From positions 5,952,001 to 6,016,000 of the forward strand of contig OZ244587.1 of NCBI GenBank assembly GCA_965218095.1: a stretch of 64,000 nt of DNA, read 5' to 3'. Each line of letters begins with the position of its first letter. Position 1 is the first letter of the stretch. Of the stretch, positions 18,116 to 29,946 are shown one piece after another. Position numbers and translations under genes: made by a program. The stretch comes from Candidatus Poribacteria bacterium. GTDB lineage: Bacteria; Poribacteria; WGA-4E; PCPOR2b. Under the pieces are notes generated by a model, which ran no database searches, was not told where the DNA came from, and was given only the letters and a program-made list of their open reading frames with translations.

Positions 18116-19848
18116 ATGGCATTAAAAGAAATTACCCACGCAACACCGTTCATCGTTGATAAGAATTTGGGCTCTAGGTTCTGTTGACATTTCAAGGGAG
18201 CCATATAAGAGTGGAGACAAAGCTGAGAAATCCAAAATAACGGACAGCTAGCTTCTCAAACCGAGAGAAGATACGACGATACCATTTTATCTTGTTGATG
18301 AAACATTCAACCCGATGTCTCTCTTTGTATAAGTGTTTGTCATACGTTCTTTGGTCAACACGATGACTTTTTGGCGGTATCACCGCAATCGCTCCATTCG
18401 CCTCAATAACCGCGATAAAAGCGTCCGAATCGTACCCCTTGTCTCCAATCACATATTCACTGTTATATCCGATTATCAACCCTTCCGCCTCAGTTATGTC
18501 ATGTCTCTGACCGGGTGTCAGATGAATTCTTAGGGGATTGCCTAGTCCGTCAACGGTGATGTGAATTTTTGTACTGAAACCGCCCCGAGACCGACCTAAT
18601 GCTTGGTTTTCAGTGCCACCGTTTTTTTAAGGCACCAGCCGCAGACGGGTGAGCGCGGCAGATGGTACTGTCCACAATAAGCGACTCGATATCGGGGTCA
18701 GAGGCGAAGTGGGGGTGCATCTGTGTGAAGATACCTTTGTCGCACCATCGAGCAAAACGCTTGTAGCGGGTGTTCCATTTGCCATAGGTGTCTGGTAGAA
18801 GTCTCCATTGAGCACCGCTACGAGTCACCCACAGGACGGCTTCGACGAAGCGGCGTGTAGCAGCTTCGTCGCCAACATAGATGGTGGGACAGCTAAGAAG
18901 AAACCGGTATATCTTATTCCATTGGTCATCAGGTAAGGTTATTGGCGTCATTCTTCTATTATGCCACAACCTTATACTCAAATGTCAACAGAACCTAGTT
19001 TTGACCTGGACTCAGCGGACTTAACCCGAACCAACGCAGACTTAACCCGAACCAACGCAGATGGTAAACCGGTCATCGAACTCACCCAGGAACAGAAATA
19101 CATATTCGATACTAGAGGGTGGCTTGTGATTCCAGGCGTGCTGACGGGGGATGAGATCGAGGAGATGCGGGATTTCTGCTGCCGTCTGCAGCAGGACCCG
19201 GACTCCATTTCTGAACACGAACGATCGGCCCTCAGAGGTCCCCTACAGAGATTGGCAGATCACCTGCTCGCCGTCGGCTTTATGAACGAATTTGTGGCGC
19301 ATCCGCCGCTGGCAAGCCAGAATTGCTATGGCTTCCGGATGGAATCTTGCCGCCTATTCTATCGCACGGTCGGTGATGGGGCATTCGGCCCGCACAACGG
19401 AAACGAGATGTTGCGGTTTCCAGGCGATTCGCACCTCTACCGATGCATCCCCGGCAAGGCACACAGTGGCCTAACCCGTGTTGCCTGGGAGCTGAATCTG
19501 GTGAAGAAAGGACAGGGCGGGACACTGTTCATCACTGCCAGCCATAAGTCGGTATATACCGCGCCTGAGAGTGTTCGGGGTGCGAACTCACTACTTTGGG
19601 AAACCTATTCCTGTCCTGCCGGTTCATTGATCTTTTTCACAGAGGCGATCACGCATAGCGGTACACAGTGGATCAACAGGGAGAACGATCGGGTTGCTAT
19701 CTTTAGTTGCTATAACACGGTTAGCAGCAAGTGGCACGACTGGGACCCACATCCAAAACTGCTCGCCTCCATGCCACCTAAACGCCAGACTCTTTTCCGC
19801 CCTGTCCATGCTGCAAACAACTTAATCGACGCCGAATATCGTCACTGA
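18116..19848 (+). pseudogene. PhyH-family Fe(II)/2OG oxygenase interrupted at codon ~21 by an IS5 element
   Basis: RBS GAGGAGG + ATG 18116; removing the IS and one TA rejoins MALKEITHATPFIVDKNLGS-SFDLDSAD in frame; motifs FDTRGWLVIPGVL, GGTLFITASHK, AGSLIFFTEAITH. Confidence 0.8.
18177..18995 (-). mobile_element. IS5-family element (IS427-like, two-ORF transposase), copy 1
   Basis: 16-bp IR GGTTCTGTTGACATTT, TA duplication in CTAG; motifs RSGAQWRLLP, GDKGYDSD, YKERHRVECFINKIK. Confidence 0.92.
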
Positions 19849-19977
19849 TTAAAGGGGGTGTTGGTATTTCGTATTGCGTATCTTCTACGCGCTACGCAAT
19901 ACGCAGCACATCGGAGCTGCATTTCCAAAGCGAAGACAAAATGTCAACTTAACTCTCTGGGGAAATGAACCCTTTCC

Positions 19978-21300
19978 CTATAATTTTTCTAAAACCTTTT
20001 CCGTTATGTCTAAAGTGCGTTCAATATCTTCTTCCGTATGGGCAACAGAAATGCTCCCTTGCTTTGTGGGAAGCGGGAAATGAAAGACACCTTCTTCAAT
20101 TAAGACCGTCCTGTATTTTTTATCCCTATCCATATCGTGGGATTTTGCAATGGCCAGCCAATTGGTGGGGGCTCTTTCCATGAAGTAAACGACAAACGCC
20201 GAACCCTGTCGGGCAACCGTCGATGGGAAGCCTGTTCTTGCCAATAACGGATTTAAACCATCTTCCATCATCTGGCCGAGGCGTTCCAGATGACCGTAAA
20301 TCTCCTGCTGCCGTATCTTCAATTTCTTGAGGGTCGCGATTGCTGCTGCCGTTGGAACCGGATGGGCGTTATAGGTTCCCGCGATCATCACTTTCTTAGC
20401 GGGCTCTGAATGGTTAAAGTATTCCATATATTCCCTTTTGCCCCCGATTACGCCCAATGGGTATCCGTTGGCAACTGCCTTTCCGAAAGCGGACAGGTCC
20501 GGCTGTACTCCACACAGAGACTGATAGCCTCCTAGGGCATAGCGGAATCCCGTTTTCACCTCGTCAAAGATGAGCAGGGCGCTATATTGATCGCAAAGGT
20601 GACGAAGCCCCTCAAGGTATCCTGGGTTGAGCTTGACAACACCGATGTTCTGTAAAATCGGTTCCAGGATGATGCACGCGATATTTCCTGTCTTCATCAG
20701 GTTCCCGACGGCTTCCAGGTCATTGAATTGCACCACATGAACATGGTGAGAAGCGGATTTCGGCATGCCTGCGGTAATTGGATGAAGGGGTAATTCCTGG
20801 CCCGCTTGATAACCTGCGATTCTTTCATAGCTGTCCATCAAATTAAAAGCTACATCATTATGCCAGCCGTTATATCCGCCCTGCATAATAATCACTTCGT
20901 CACGGTCAGTGACAGCGCGAGCAATCCGTAAGGCGCAAAAAGTCGCTTCCGATCCGGTATTGGTTATCTGCACCTGATCTAGCGTAGGAATACATTCTAC
21001 CAGTAAATGCGCCAACTCCCCTTCCCAGGGGGTCGTCCCCGCACCTATGAGGGACTTTTCTTTCTTTATCGCTTGAGTCACCGCAACATCAACATCCGGA
21101 TCGCTGTAACCAAGCAAATAGGGGGAAAAGGCGGCGTGATAATCGATGTATCGCTTGCCGTCGCCATCCCAGAGATAAGCCCCCTTTGCCTTCACAAAAA
21201 CGCGCATCGGATCGATGACCCGATTCAGCGAAACAACGCCCCCCGGTATCACCTTCTTTTGCTGTTCCCAAATATCTGTTGCTGTGTTCTTTGTTGTCAT
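19978..21300 (-). CDS. Class III PLP aminotransferase (glutamate-1-semialdehyde aminomutase-like)
   Basis: IPGGV, DGDGKRYIDY, NTGSEAT, IFDEVKTGFR, FGKAVANGYP, GTYNAHP. Confidence 0.9.
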   Translation of the reverse strand: MTTKNTATDIWEQQKKVIPGGVVSLNRVIDPMRVFVKAKGAYLWDGDGKRYIDYHAAFSPYLLGYSDPDVDVAVTQAIKKEKSLIGAGTTPWEGELAHLLVECIPTLDQVQITNTGSEATFCALRIARAVTDRDEVIIMQGGYNGWHNDVAFNLMDSYERIAGYQAGQELPLHPITAGMPKSASHHVHVVQFNDLEAVGNLMKTGNIACIILEPILQNIGVVKLNPGYLEGLRHLCDQYSALLIFDEVKTGFRYALGGYQSLCGVQPDLSAFGKAVANGYPLGVIGGKREYMEYFNHSEPAKKVMIAGTYNAHPVPTAAAIATLKKLKIRQQEIYGHLERLGQMMEDGLNPLLARTGFPSTVARQGSAFVVYFMERAPTNWLAIAKSHDMDRDKKYRTVLIEEGVFHFPLPTKQGSISVAHTEEDIERTLDITEKVLEKL

Positions 21301-21396
21301 TGTCTCTCCTTTTTAGGTGAGGTGTGAAACGTCAAAAATGTGCTCCTCACTCAATACACAATATCCAGTACGAATTTATAGAAAGGACAGAAATCG

Positions 21397-22101
21397 ATGT
21401 CAATAGCAATGACGCAACAGCAGGGGAAAGATTTCGAGGAAATGGGATACATCGTCCTTGATAACTTTTTGACCCAAGAGGAGTTAGACCGATTACTAGC
21501 AGCTGTCGATGAGGCGGGCGTTAAGGCCTGTCGCGCCGAAGGTATCGGGCCCAATGGCCCCTTTGCCATCCGCAATGCGTTAGCCCATCACGAGGCGTTC
21601 CTCGACCTGATTGACCATTCCAGAATGCTGCCGTTAGTCGTTGACGCCATCGGCTGGAACATCCAGATTCGAACCACTCACCTCGACTATCGGCCACCTT
21701 ATCCAAAAGACCTGCAGGCTGGCGATGTTGGCGTTGGGAATGGAGCAGACCATCAAGCCGGCTACCGCAACCTCGCCTGGCATCCGGACCTGGCGAGCGA
21801 TTTCCTCTTCGAGGCACCTTCGCTCAACAGACGGCTGCCTTTCATGGAGATCAAGGTATTCTACGTCTTCTCGAATCTGAGTGAATCCAATTGTGGTAAC
21901 CTCTAGTTCGTACCGGGCAGCCACAAGCGCCCCCCATAAGAACTGCGGGAGATGCAGCGCAGGGTAGATGCCTCCGAGGCGGTCGAACTCAGGCTGCCAC
22001 CAGGGACTGTGGCGCTGTGGTGCACAGCCACTTGGTACTGTGTCAGCCCGAACCTGTCGGACAAAACCTGTAAGATCATGCACGTTGGCTACTACGAATA
22101 A
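21397..22101 (+). pseudogene. PhyH-family dioxygenase pseudogene
   Basis: FEEMGYIVLDNFL, WHPD, GNL*FVPGSH; in-frame TAG 21904 and TAA 21937; truncated. Confidence 0.82.
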
Positions 22102-22204
22102 AGGCGAGTCAGCTTTTTTGAAATTTTGAGATCATGTGGGTGTACTACAAGCCGTGTGAACACAAGTGAAGAAGGCAGAATGCCACACAAGTAGGGGTAT
22201 TGGC

Positions 22205-23863
22205 TCATCGAAGGACGTTGCTCTCAATACGCAACGCCGTGCCTTGCGGTTCTACCGTTGTTAATATCACCCGATGAATCTGCGCATCGTTTTCAGAGGC
22301 ACCGTCCTTGATATTATTCATCATGAACTTGACCGGTCCTCGGCTCCGATTGGGCAGAAAAACTCGATAGGTAACGTGTTCCTGCATCCGGTGAGGGGCG
22401 GAGAAGCCGGGAACGGTGAAAACAAGTTGATCCTCCACGTGCAATTCCAGCGCCAGCCGGGGTGTGAATTCGCCGAAAGACAGTGCTTCATTGAACATGC
22501 TGATCTCAAACTCAATCATATTAAATGAGTTTTGCATGGTCGGCAATTGCCACCCTGCAACCTTTCCGCGTTTGGCTAACGAAAATGATTTGTCGCGCGG
22601 CCCAAAAAGCCCGTCCCTGCCGACGTCGAAACACAGTCCGTCCTGTTGAATCAAGTCACACTCGGGACCAGGCAGGGGTTGCCAACCATCAAAAAATCCA
22701 TGAAAAGTCAAAATCTCTTGCGCTATTTCGGGCGATTGTCGCTGAAGGGGAAAAATCGTTACGCGGGACTCACTAATAGTGGCGCCCAGCGGCGGCGGCA
22801 ACGCTTCTACACCTTTGTTCGTGAGGTGAAAACGATTCCCGATAATCCTGGCCCCGGGGCCATTGGTATTATAGGCGCAAAGGAATGTGCCATCCGGCAG
22901 TTCAACGACGCTTGAGTGGCCGCCGCCCTCATTCAGTTCGAACGGTTCCGACCATGTGCGGCCTTCGTCACTGCTCAGACGTATCCTGGGCCCGTGCTCA
23001 GTCATAACGATCACACCTGATTTCGCCCGTAGCAGGAATGGCGCGTGAACCGTGAATGGCAATCGCTGTAACCCGCTCCAGGTTCTGCCGTAGTCGTTGG
23101 AATAGGAGGAGTATGCCCTAAACCAGTGATTGGGTTTGGAGGTGCCTTCTATAATGCACAGCAGCCTACCGTCCTTGAGGACAATGATGTCGGGTTCGGA
23201 ACTGTTAAAACCGGCATCCTTGCCAATCGTGGCCGAGTGCATCCAGGTCTCGCCGCTGTCGTGCGATATGACGGTTGCGCCAAACGATGCCCTCCCAGCT
23301 TCGATGGTATATAGATAGTAGGGCATGATGACGGCTCCGTTGGGCAAAAGACGCGGGGGCGAAAAGCAGGCAGAGCCCATGCCGAATTGGTCGCATGCCT
23401 TCACCCGCCAGGGTTTGCTCCAAGTCTTGCCGTTGTCGCCGGATTTCGCCTGAAATGCCGCGCAATGCGTTGTCTTGCCCGGCGGCGTAATATATTCACG
23501 TGCCGGCCAATGCCAGATCACAAACCATATCGCGAGGAGCGAGCCATCCTGAAGCTGTGTGACACTGGGCCCCCGGTCGTCATAGGGCGTGTCGGCGAGC
23601 AGGTGGGGTTGGCCCCAGGTGACGCTGTGATCCGTGGATCGTACGTATTCGATCCAGCCGCCCCTGGGTAAGTCAACTCCGGGCCGGTCGATGTGTTCGG
23701 CGAGCTGCGGATTCCATCGCTGCGAGTAGTACACGCACAACAGATCGCCGTTCTTGAGTTGCACCAGCTTTGGTGTCCAGGTTGCCCGCCCCGGCTCCTC
23801 CTGGGCGATCACCCACTAGGGTTGTTCGCGTATCGGGTCAGTTTCTGAAGGCCATGTGGCCAT
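22205..23863 (-). pseudogene. BNR/Asp-box (sialidase-like) protein with an in-frame TAG at codon 16
   Basis: Asp-boxes STDHSVTW, SGDNGKTW, SHDSGETW, SNDYGRTW, SSDEGRTW; ATG 23863; TAG 23816-23818; GTG 23812 could restart translation. Confidence 0.75.
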
Positions 23864-23915
23864 AGCATCCACGTTACACTCCTTTCAGAGAACAATTCGT
23901 AACATCGGAATTATA

Positions 23916-25320
23916 CTACCCCCTCTTGATCCGATCTGCGATGTGCTCGGCGATCATCACCGTGGTCAGATGCGTATTTGCACGTGGAACCTCGGGCATA
24001 ATCGATGCATCAACCACGCGCAATCCCTCCACACCAATAACGTGACAATCCGCATCCACAACAGAATCCGAGTGACCGACAGGTCCCATTCGACAGGTGC
24101 CGGCAGCATGGACCCATGTGAAACACTCTCTGAACATCCATTCGTCGATCCGGCTCTCCTCAGTGAAGGCATCGATTCCTTGGCCGGTCCTGCCGACGAG
24201 AACCTTATCCGAAATCTCCAAAACAGCAGGATGTCGGCAGATCTCAAACAGCCATCGGACGCAGTCGCGCAATCGCAGAAGGTCCTGCTCATCGGAGAGC
24301 AGTCGAAATTCGACCTCGGGGGCCGTTTCAGGGTCCGGCGTCGTGATGCGCAACCTACCGTGTGAGAAGGACTGAACCGCTGCTCCAAGGATAATACCCT
24401 AGGAGAGTTGGTTCTCTGCAAAAGGAGACATGTTGACACAGTTGAAGATCATGTCATTGGGACCTGCACCCGCGAGACCGGAGCTATACCGAACATAGCA
24501 GTTGCCCCACCGCACGTGTACAGATGAGGAACGCGACTCCGGCAGCAGATGAATCGTCATCCATATGAGGGGGTGCTCACAGAGGTTCTGCCCGACCTCC
24601 GGCGCATCCAAGATCGCGTCGATACTAAGCCTGCTCAGCTCCGGAGCTTGCCCGATGCCTGAACGCATCAAAATTGCTGGAGAATGGAATCGCGCCCGCG
24701 CTGAGTATAATCTCATTGCCGTGGATATGTGTTGATTCCCCAGAGATCCGGACGCGTACCCCAGTCGCACGTTGGCCATCAAATTCGACACGGTCGACTA
24801 GCACATCTCCAATGATTTCAAGATTGTCACGACCTCGTGCCGGTTCAAGGTGAGCGTCATTTGTAGAGACGCGGACGTTATCCCGGATGGTCATGGCGGC
24901 GGGTGAAACCCCTGTACTCCCTGGCGCGTTGTAGTCGTCTGACCAGCCATAGCCAAGGTCAAGGGTAGCTTCTCGGAGCGAAAGATCTACGGCCCCCCAT
25001 TTCTCAAGTGGTGTCCGAGAGACAGGGATGGGGCCGCCATGGCCGTGGTAGGGCTCATCTCCGAAATCGAGATCGTCCTCCAGACGGATGAAGGATGGTA
25101 AAACCTCCTCGCTTGACCAACCGATGCAGCCGAGCTTCGCCCAGATATCAAAGTCCTCGGGCATCCCCCGGAGGGCGAGCATGCCGTTAATCGCGGAGCT
25201 CCCTCCCACGCCCACGCCATGAGAGTAGGCCAGCCATACTTCTCATACTTTTCCTTTTGGAGGATTAAGATGCCATCAGGAGATCGGATCTCTGGTGGGG
25301 CCTCCCTCGAATTGATGCCT
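23916..25320 (-). pseudogene. GMC oxidoreductase (choline dehydrogenase-like) pseudogene
   Basis: GGSSAINGM, LSAGAI/HSPAILMRSGIG (frameshift ~24686), TAG 24399, HAAGTCRMG, LRVVDASIMP; N-terminus missing. Confidence 0.85.
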
Positions 25321-25844
25321 GTCGATTGTGCCCTGAAACATTGTAAACGAACTTTTCAAAAAAAGCAACAACCAATTTCACCTAGAGCTATTTCACCTTA
25401 AGTCAGTGCCATTCTCCCATGACTGGATTACCTTTGGGTCATGTTTTTGGAGAAATCAAAAACCTAAATCGGTATAAGGGGTAAGGAGGGATTCTAACCC
25501 ATTACCCTGCGTGACACGAAAGTACGGGGTTTTTCGTCCAATACCAACAGCCATCTATTTTGCCATGATGCGTGGTGAAAGTCAAGAAAACGCCTGTATC
25601 GTTAGCAGGGCGAACTATCAATACTGTCCGGCGTCTTTCCACTAACGATGATAAACAAGATCCTTTTTCGATCTTTTTTTTGAGCAATTCTTGCTATAAT
25701 GTCCACCATGCGAATGGACGGCAAAATGAAATGCGATCTGCACAGGAGTAGCTATGTCGATTAGCGGCAATACGGCGGCATGCCGTAGGCTGAATCGGTC
25801 CGGATTGTGGGACCGTCAAAAAGACGAACGAAAGGAGTTCTATC

Positions 25845-26433
25845 ATGATCGATCAACAATACCTCCTCAATGATGAGGAGATGCGGAACTTCATCAAAAA
25901 CGGGTATGTCACCGTTCATCCCGATTTACCCGATGTCCACGAGGAAATCTACCGCGAGACCGAAGCTATATTTGAGACAGAGGGCGATCTGCAGAACCAT
26001 ATCCTTCAGAAAGTTCCTGCGCTGTACCAAGCCTTTGCCCACCAGATTATTCGTGGCGCCTTGACCAACCTTCTGAGAGCGAATTACGTCATGCATCTAC
26101 ATTGCCATGCACATATCAAGCGGCCAGGACAAAAAGGCGGCGCCTGGCATCAAGACGGTCGGTCGAAAAAGTTCACAACGAAAGACCACGGATGGCTTTT
26201 TGAATGGAGACAGCATCATTGCTTTCGGTCAGTTTGGGCGTGATATTATCTGCAGGAGGCAACTGAAGATATGGGCCCGACAGCGGTTATACCCGGCGTG
26301 CAACGTGGCTGATGGCAGGATTGATGCGGCTGTGCGTGCGCTGTCGGAGGTGATGTATAACGATGAATATGCGATTATCCGCGAGTATGCAATTGCTGCG
26401 TTAGAACAGATAGACCCACCGTCTGGCACCTAA
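25845..26433 (+). pseudogene. PhyH-family dioxygenase with HEAT-repeat tail, internally deleted
   Basis: FIKNGYV, WHQD, TGA 26241, DMGPTAVIPG, then a jump to AAVRALSEVMYNDEYAIIREYAIAALEQI. Confidence 0.7.
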
Positions 26434-26500
26434 AGTCCGATCAATTTCGGGATACGTGTAATTTCGACCCATTCTGGAAAAAATTGGATCGATACAACCT

Positions 26501-27292
26501 CTAACTTTCAACTCCTTCAAACAGGGATGAGAAGTGGCGATATGGATCTCCAGGCTCACCGAAGAGAATCTGCTGACGTGGTGTCAGTTCCACATTCTCA
26601 GGCGGTACAACGCGCCGCGAAGTCCACGCCATCTGTGACACACAATATTTATACAGCAGAGACCGTCTCTCATGCTTTCCTAGCCAAGCTGTCGTTCCAT
26701 GTGTCAGGGCCTCGGTAAATAGAATTACTGAACCTGCCGGCGCATTTGGGATGACCACACACTTAACCTTGTTGGGGGCATCATATATCTGTTGCGGTAA
26801 CTTAAAATGGCTTTTATGGCTGCCTGCAATACAGCAAAACCCGCCAAAGTCTGGCCCTGTGGCAGACAGATTCCATGCCACGACGACAAACCCGCTGGAA
26901 ATCTGGTTATCGCGAAAAGGATAGTATTCCCCTGGCCGAGATCCCGCGGTTGGGGAAGTGGCACCGTAGTCGGCATGCAGCCGCCCTGCCGGCATCCCCT
27001 CACGCATATATATCCCGTAAAGCCGATCCAGGCGAAAGCAGTCGCCCAACCGGAATCGAAGAATTGGCATAATCTTTTGATGAGTTAGTAAATCACAAAA
27101 GGGTTTTCCCCATTGTAGAAAACCCGATCCCTCTGGTGCACTGCCAAATCTTTGAATCTTTCCTGGCGCGGGTAGTTCTTGCTGGTCGATTAGCTGGTTG
27201 AATGTTGCGATTTGTTCTGGACTCAAGACATTTTCAATCACCAAGTAGCCTTGCAAATCGAAGAGGTACTGCTGCATTTGAAGATCATTCAT
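26501..27292 (-). CDS. PhyH-family dioxygenase
   Basis: FDLQGYLVIENVL, LHAD, GGFCCIAGSHK, AGSVILFTEALTHGT. Confidence 0.88.
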   Translation of the reverse strand: MNDLQMQQYLFDLQGYLVIENVLSPEQIATFNQLIDQQELPAPGKIQRFGSAPEGSGFLQWGKPFCDLLTHQKIMPILRFRLGDCFRLDRLYGIYMREGMPAGRLHADYGATSPTAGSRPGEYYPFRDNQISSGFVVVAWNLSATGPDFGGFCCIAGSHKSHFKLPQQIYDAPNKVKCVVIPNAPAGSVILFTEALTHGTTAWLGKHERRSLLYKYCVSQMAWTSRRVVPPENVELTPRQQILFGEPGDPYRHFSSLFEGVES

Positions 27293-27573
27293 GATGTTGC
27301 CCTCCTGTTGACCTCCGAGTTTCAAACAGCTTCTCAAGGGGAGTTATTTAGATTTTTATTCGTATGACCTTGACGCTGTCATATTTGCCGTGCATCCACA
27401 TTTTGTCTCGGTTCCACAACGTCTTGATAGGGTATCAGCGTTCAATTGAACGTCTCTCCAGCTAGATCGCATTTCTAATGTGACGAAGGCAATTCTGGGG
27501 ATTATCGCGATATGACTTTCCATAATCTGCATAATTTCCAGTGAATCTAGTTATACTACGCTGTTAAATTGAT

Positions 27574-27702
27574 TAAGATTTACGCAACCGATGTGCAGAA
27601 CCTGCGATTTCACTGTATCCTGTGCATCTTGAATCCTGAACCGGATACAAGATGCACAGGAGGTTAGGGACATCATCGGACGGTTCAATTGCGTAAGCCC
27701 TA
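27574..27702. mobile_element. MITE with internal 14-bp hairpin
   Basis: TIR-like TAAGATTTACGCAA / TTGCGTAAGCCCTA; internal TCCTGTGCATCTTG / CAAGATGCACAGGA. Confidence 0.6.
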
Positions 27703-27954
27703 CTTAATTTTCTCTGGTCGTGTTGAGAATACAAGTCCCTTAATTTCGAAAGGGGGCTTGATATCTGTTAATAAGGGATTTGCAGTGAAGGTTAGTAAGC
27801 AATCTGGGAATTAGACTCCCGATTGGAGCTTGCGTTAGACATTGAGGTGTTGCGAATCTCAGATTCATTGAAGGTGAAAAAATATCAGTCTCATTTTGAA
27901 CTATCCCCTACAAGGCTAAATTTTATCAAGAATTTAGGGATAGTAACCATGCTT

Positions 27955-28965
27955 TCACCGCGTGCGATAATGGGCAATTGCGTCTGTGTCCAGCGTGATT
28001 CCTAACCCATTTCCCGTCGGAACAATAAAGTGTCCCGCCTCGAATTCTAGTGAGCCGCCAATTAAGTCATTATCGCGCACGAATGGCAGTTCGTCGCATG
28101 GCAAAAGGTCGTTGGTCAAGGTGGCCTGCAGATGTGTTGAGAACGCTGCCTGAATCCCCAAACACAATCCACCGGTTTGCAGCCAGATCGGGCATCCGGC
28201 CGCCTCGGCAATGGCAGCGCATTTTTTGATCGTTGCGACGTTGCCGCTGATATTGAAGCGGTCTACTGCCTCCCCCTTGACCGCACGGAGCACAGCATGG
28301 GGATTGAGGAGGTGCAGCGCCTGCGGGATGTCAGTCTTGTGGCGCAACAACGAATACCACGCCACATTGAAGTTTTCTTTCTCCACCGGATCTTCAAAGC
28401 ATTCTATATTGTAAGGCGCAAGTTCCCGGGCCAAGCGAACCACCGTGGCGGGATATTTGAACCCGCAGTTGGGATCCACGCGAATTGCGTAATCCACTCC
28501 CTCCGTTGCTTTAGTCATCAGTTCTGCCTGCCGCACGATGTCGTCGGAGTGTGCTTTGAGTTTGTGAACGGTGAATCCGCGCGCTGCTGCCTTTTCCGCT
28601 TCCTTTGCTGTCTCCTCGGGCGCCATGTGGCATGACCAGTAGGCGACCGGTACTTTGTCGCGCACTTTGTCGCCAAGCAGCCGCCAGACCGGTATGTCCT
28701 TTGCCTGCGCGACGATGTCGTACAAGGCGGACTGCCATGGAGCACTCGCGCTTTCCAGTTCTATTGTCAATGGATCTTTGCCGATGAATCCATCTACATC
28801 CCGCTCAATTGCATCGCGCGGTTGCCAGATTTCCCCCATACCAATCAGACCCTCGTCGGTATGGACCTGTACAATGGTATGTTCGAAATCGCTGTGGCCA
28901 ACATTGCGGATGGGGGCAATATACGGGATGAACACTTCGATCAGTTCGACATTGGTTATTTTCAT
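27955..28965 (-). CDS. Mandelate racemase / muconate lactonizing enzyme family (enolase superfamily)
   Basis: VHTDEGLIGMGE, ALYDIVAQ...PVWRLLG, KLK, DPN, EDP, PTGNGLGI. Confidence 0.9.
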   Translation of the reverse strand: MKITNVELIEVFIPYIAPIRNVGHSDFEHTIVQVHTDEGLIGMGEIWQPRDAIERDVDGFIGKDPLTIELESASAPWQSALYDIVAQAKDIPVWRLLGDKVRDKVPVAYWSCHMAPEETAKEAEKAAARGFTVHKLKAHSDDIVRQAELMTKATEGVDYAIRVDPNCGFKYPATVVRLARELAPYNIECFEDPVEKENFNVAWYSLLRHKTDIPQALHLLNPHAVLRAVKGEAVDRFNISGNVATIKKCAAIAEAAGCPIWLQTGGLCLGIQAAFSTHLQATLTNDLLPCDELPFVRDNDLIGGSLEFEAGHFIVPTGNGLGITLDTDAIAHYRTR

Positions 28966-29195
28966 TAAAATCCTCGCGGCGAAAGCCCTGCTTTACGCAT
29001 AGGAACGCGCCACGCTCCTTTGTTACCAGGTGAATAAGGTGGCACCCATTTTGTGCCTCTAAATGGTTGTCATAAGTACCAAGTGCTTTGAAGCATAAAT
29101 ACTCGGGCAGTTGCCCTAGATCCCGATCGAAGATTCGGGATCAACCATTGTCCATTTAACTGTCCAAATACTCCTGATGGTCAGTTCACAGTCTG

Positions 29196-29712
29196 CTAGG
29201 CGAATATTGACATTTCAGAAACGCGACAACTCGTTTTAAAGAGGAATTGGATGATTAACTTCGTTTTGCGCGACTGAGCGGCATCGATAATTTGCTTGAC
29301 TTTATCTTCTGTCAAGTATTGGTCGGGGAAAATGACATTATCGAGATGATAAGACGGTATCTGCTCAAAAACTTTCTCAATGGCCATGTTCAACCAGATA
29401 TTGTTTTCCCCTAGTGCGGCCTTGATGGACTTCATCAATGCCGATTTTCGCACGTTTAACGTGGCGGCTCTTAACCGTGGCCGAATCTCATCAAAATACA
29501 AAGAAAGCGCCCCTTGCAAGACATGCAAGCCATGAGCGGCCAAAAATCGATTGTAGTCCCGGATAACCGATCGATACGTTGCCTTTGAGTTTTGTGAAAG
29601 CCCATTTTCTTGTTTTGATGAGAGAGCTTCTCAACGATGTTTTCATCCAACTGGTAAATCGGTTGTGTGATCTTCCGGTTGTTCGGCAAATGACTGAGAT
29701 TTTCCATTTCAA
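29196..29712 (-). pseudogene. Tyrosine recombinase/integrase N-terminal remnant
   Basis: YLTEDKVKQII...LIIQFLFKTSCRVSEM (box I), frameshifted and truncated. Confidence 0.6.
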
Positions 29713-29784
29713 CCCTTCCGTTTGGGGCGGAATATCTATATAACAAAATTGACTTTATGATATAGAATAGCAGATTTCACCCCT

Positions 29785-29870
29785 ACCGTCAACACTTTTT
29801 CGTTGACACCAAGGGGCAATTTTGCTACGATGGCATCCATCTTAGCACAAAAAAGAGGGATATGCAGAGA
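29785..29870 (+). mobile_element. IS left-end remnant carrying a sigma70 promoter (family uncertain, IS1380-like)
   Basis: CCGTCAACACTTTTT; TTGACA(29803)-N17-TACGAT; near-identical copy on the minus strand at ~55400-55483. Confidence 0.55.
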
Positions 29871-29946
29871 AACCCAAATTGCTCAGACTGAAAAACTCAG
29901 TCTCTTATTGGTTCCTTGTTTGCAAATTCAAAAGCTGGGGGCAGAA

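Noticed and set aside
27340-27545. Possible ParE/RelE toxin remnant on the minus strand
   Set aside because: Only faint motifs (RDNPQ, VKVIRI) in broken frames; not supportable.
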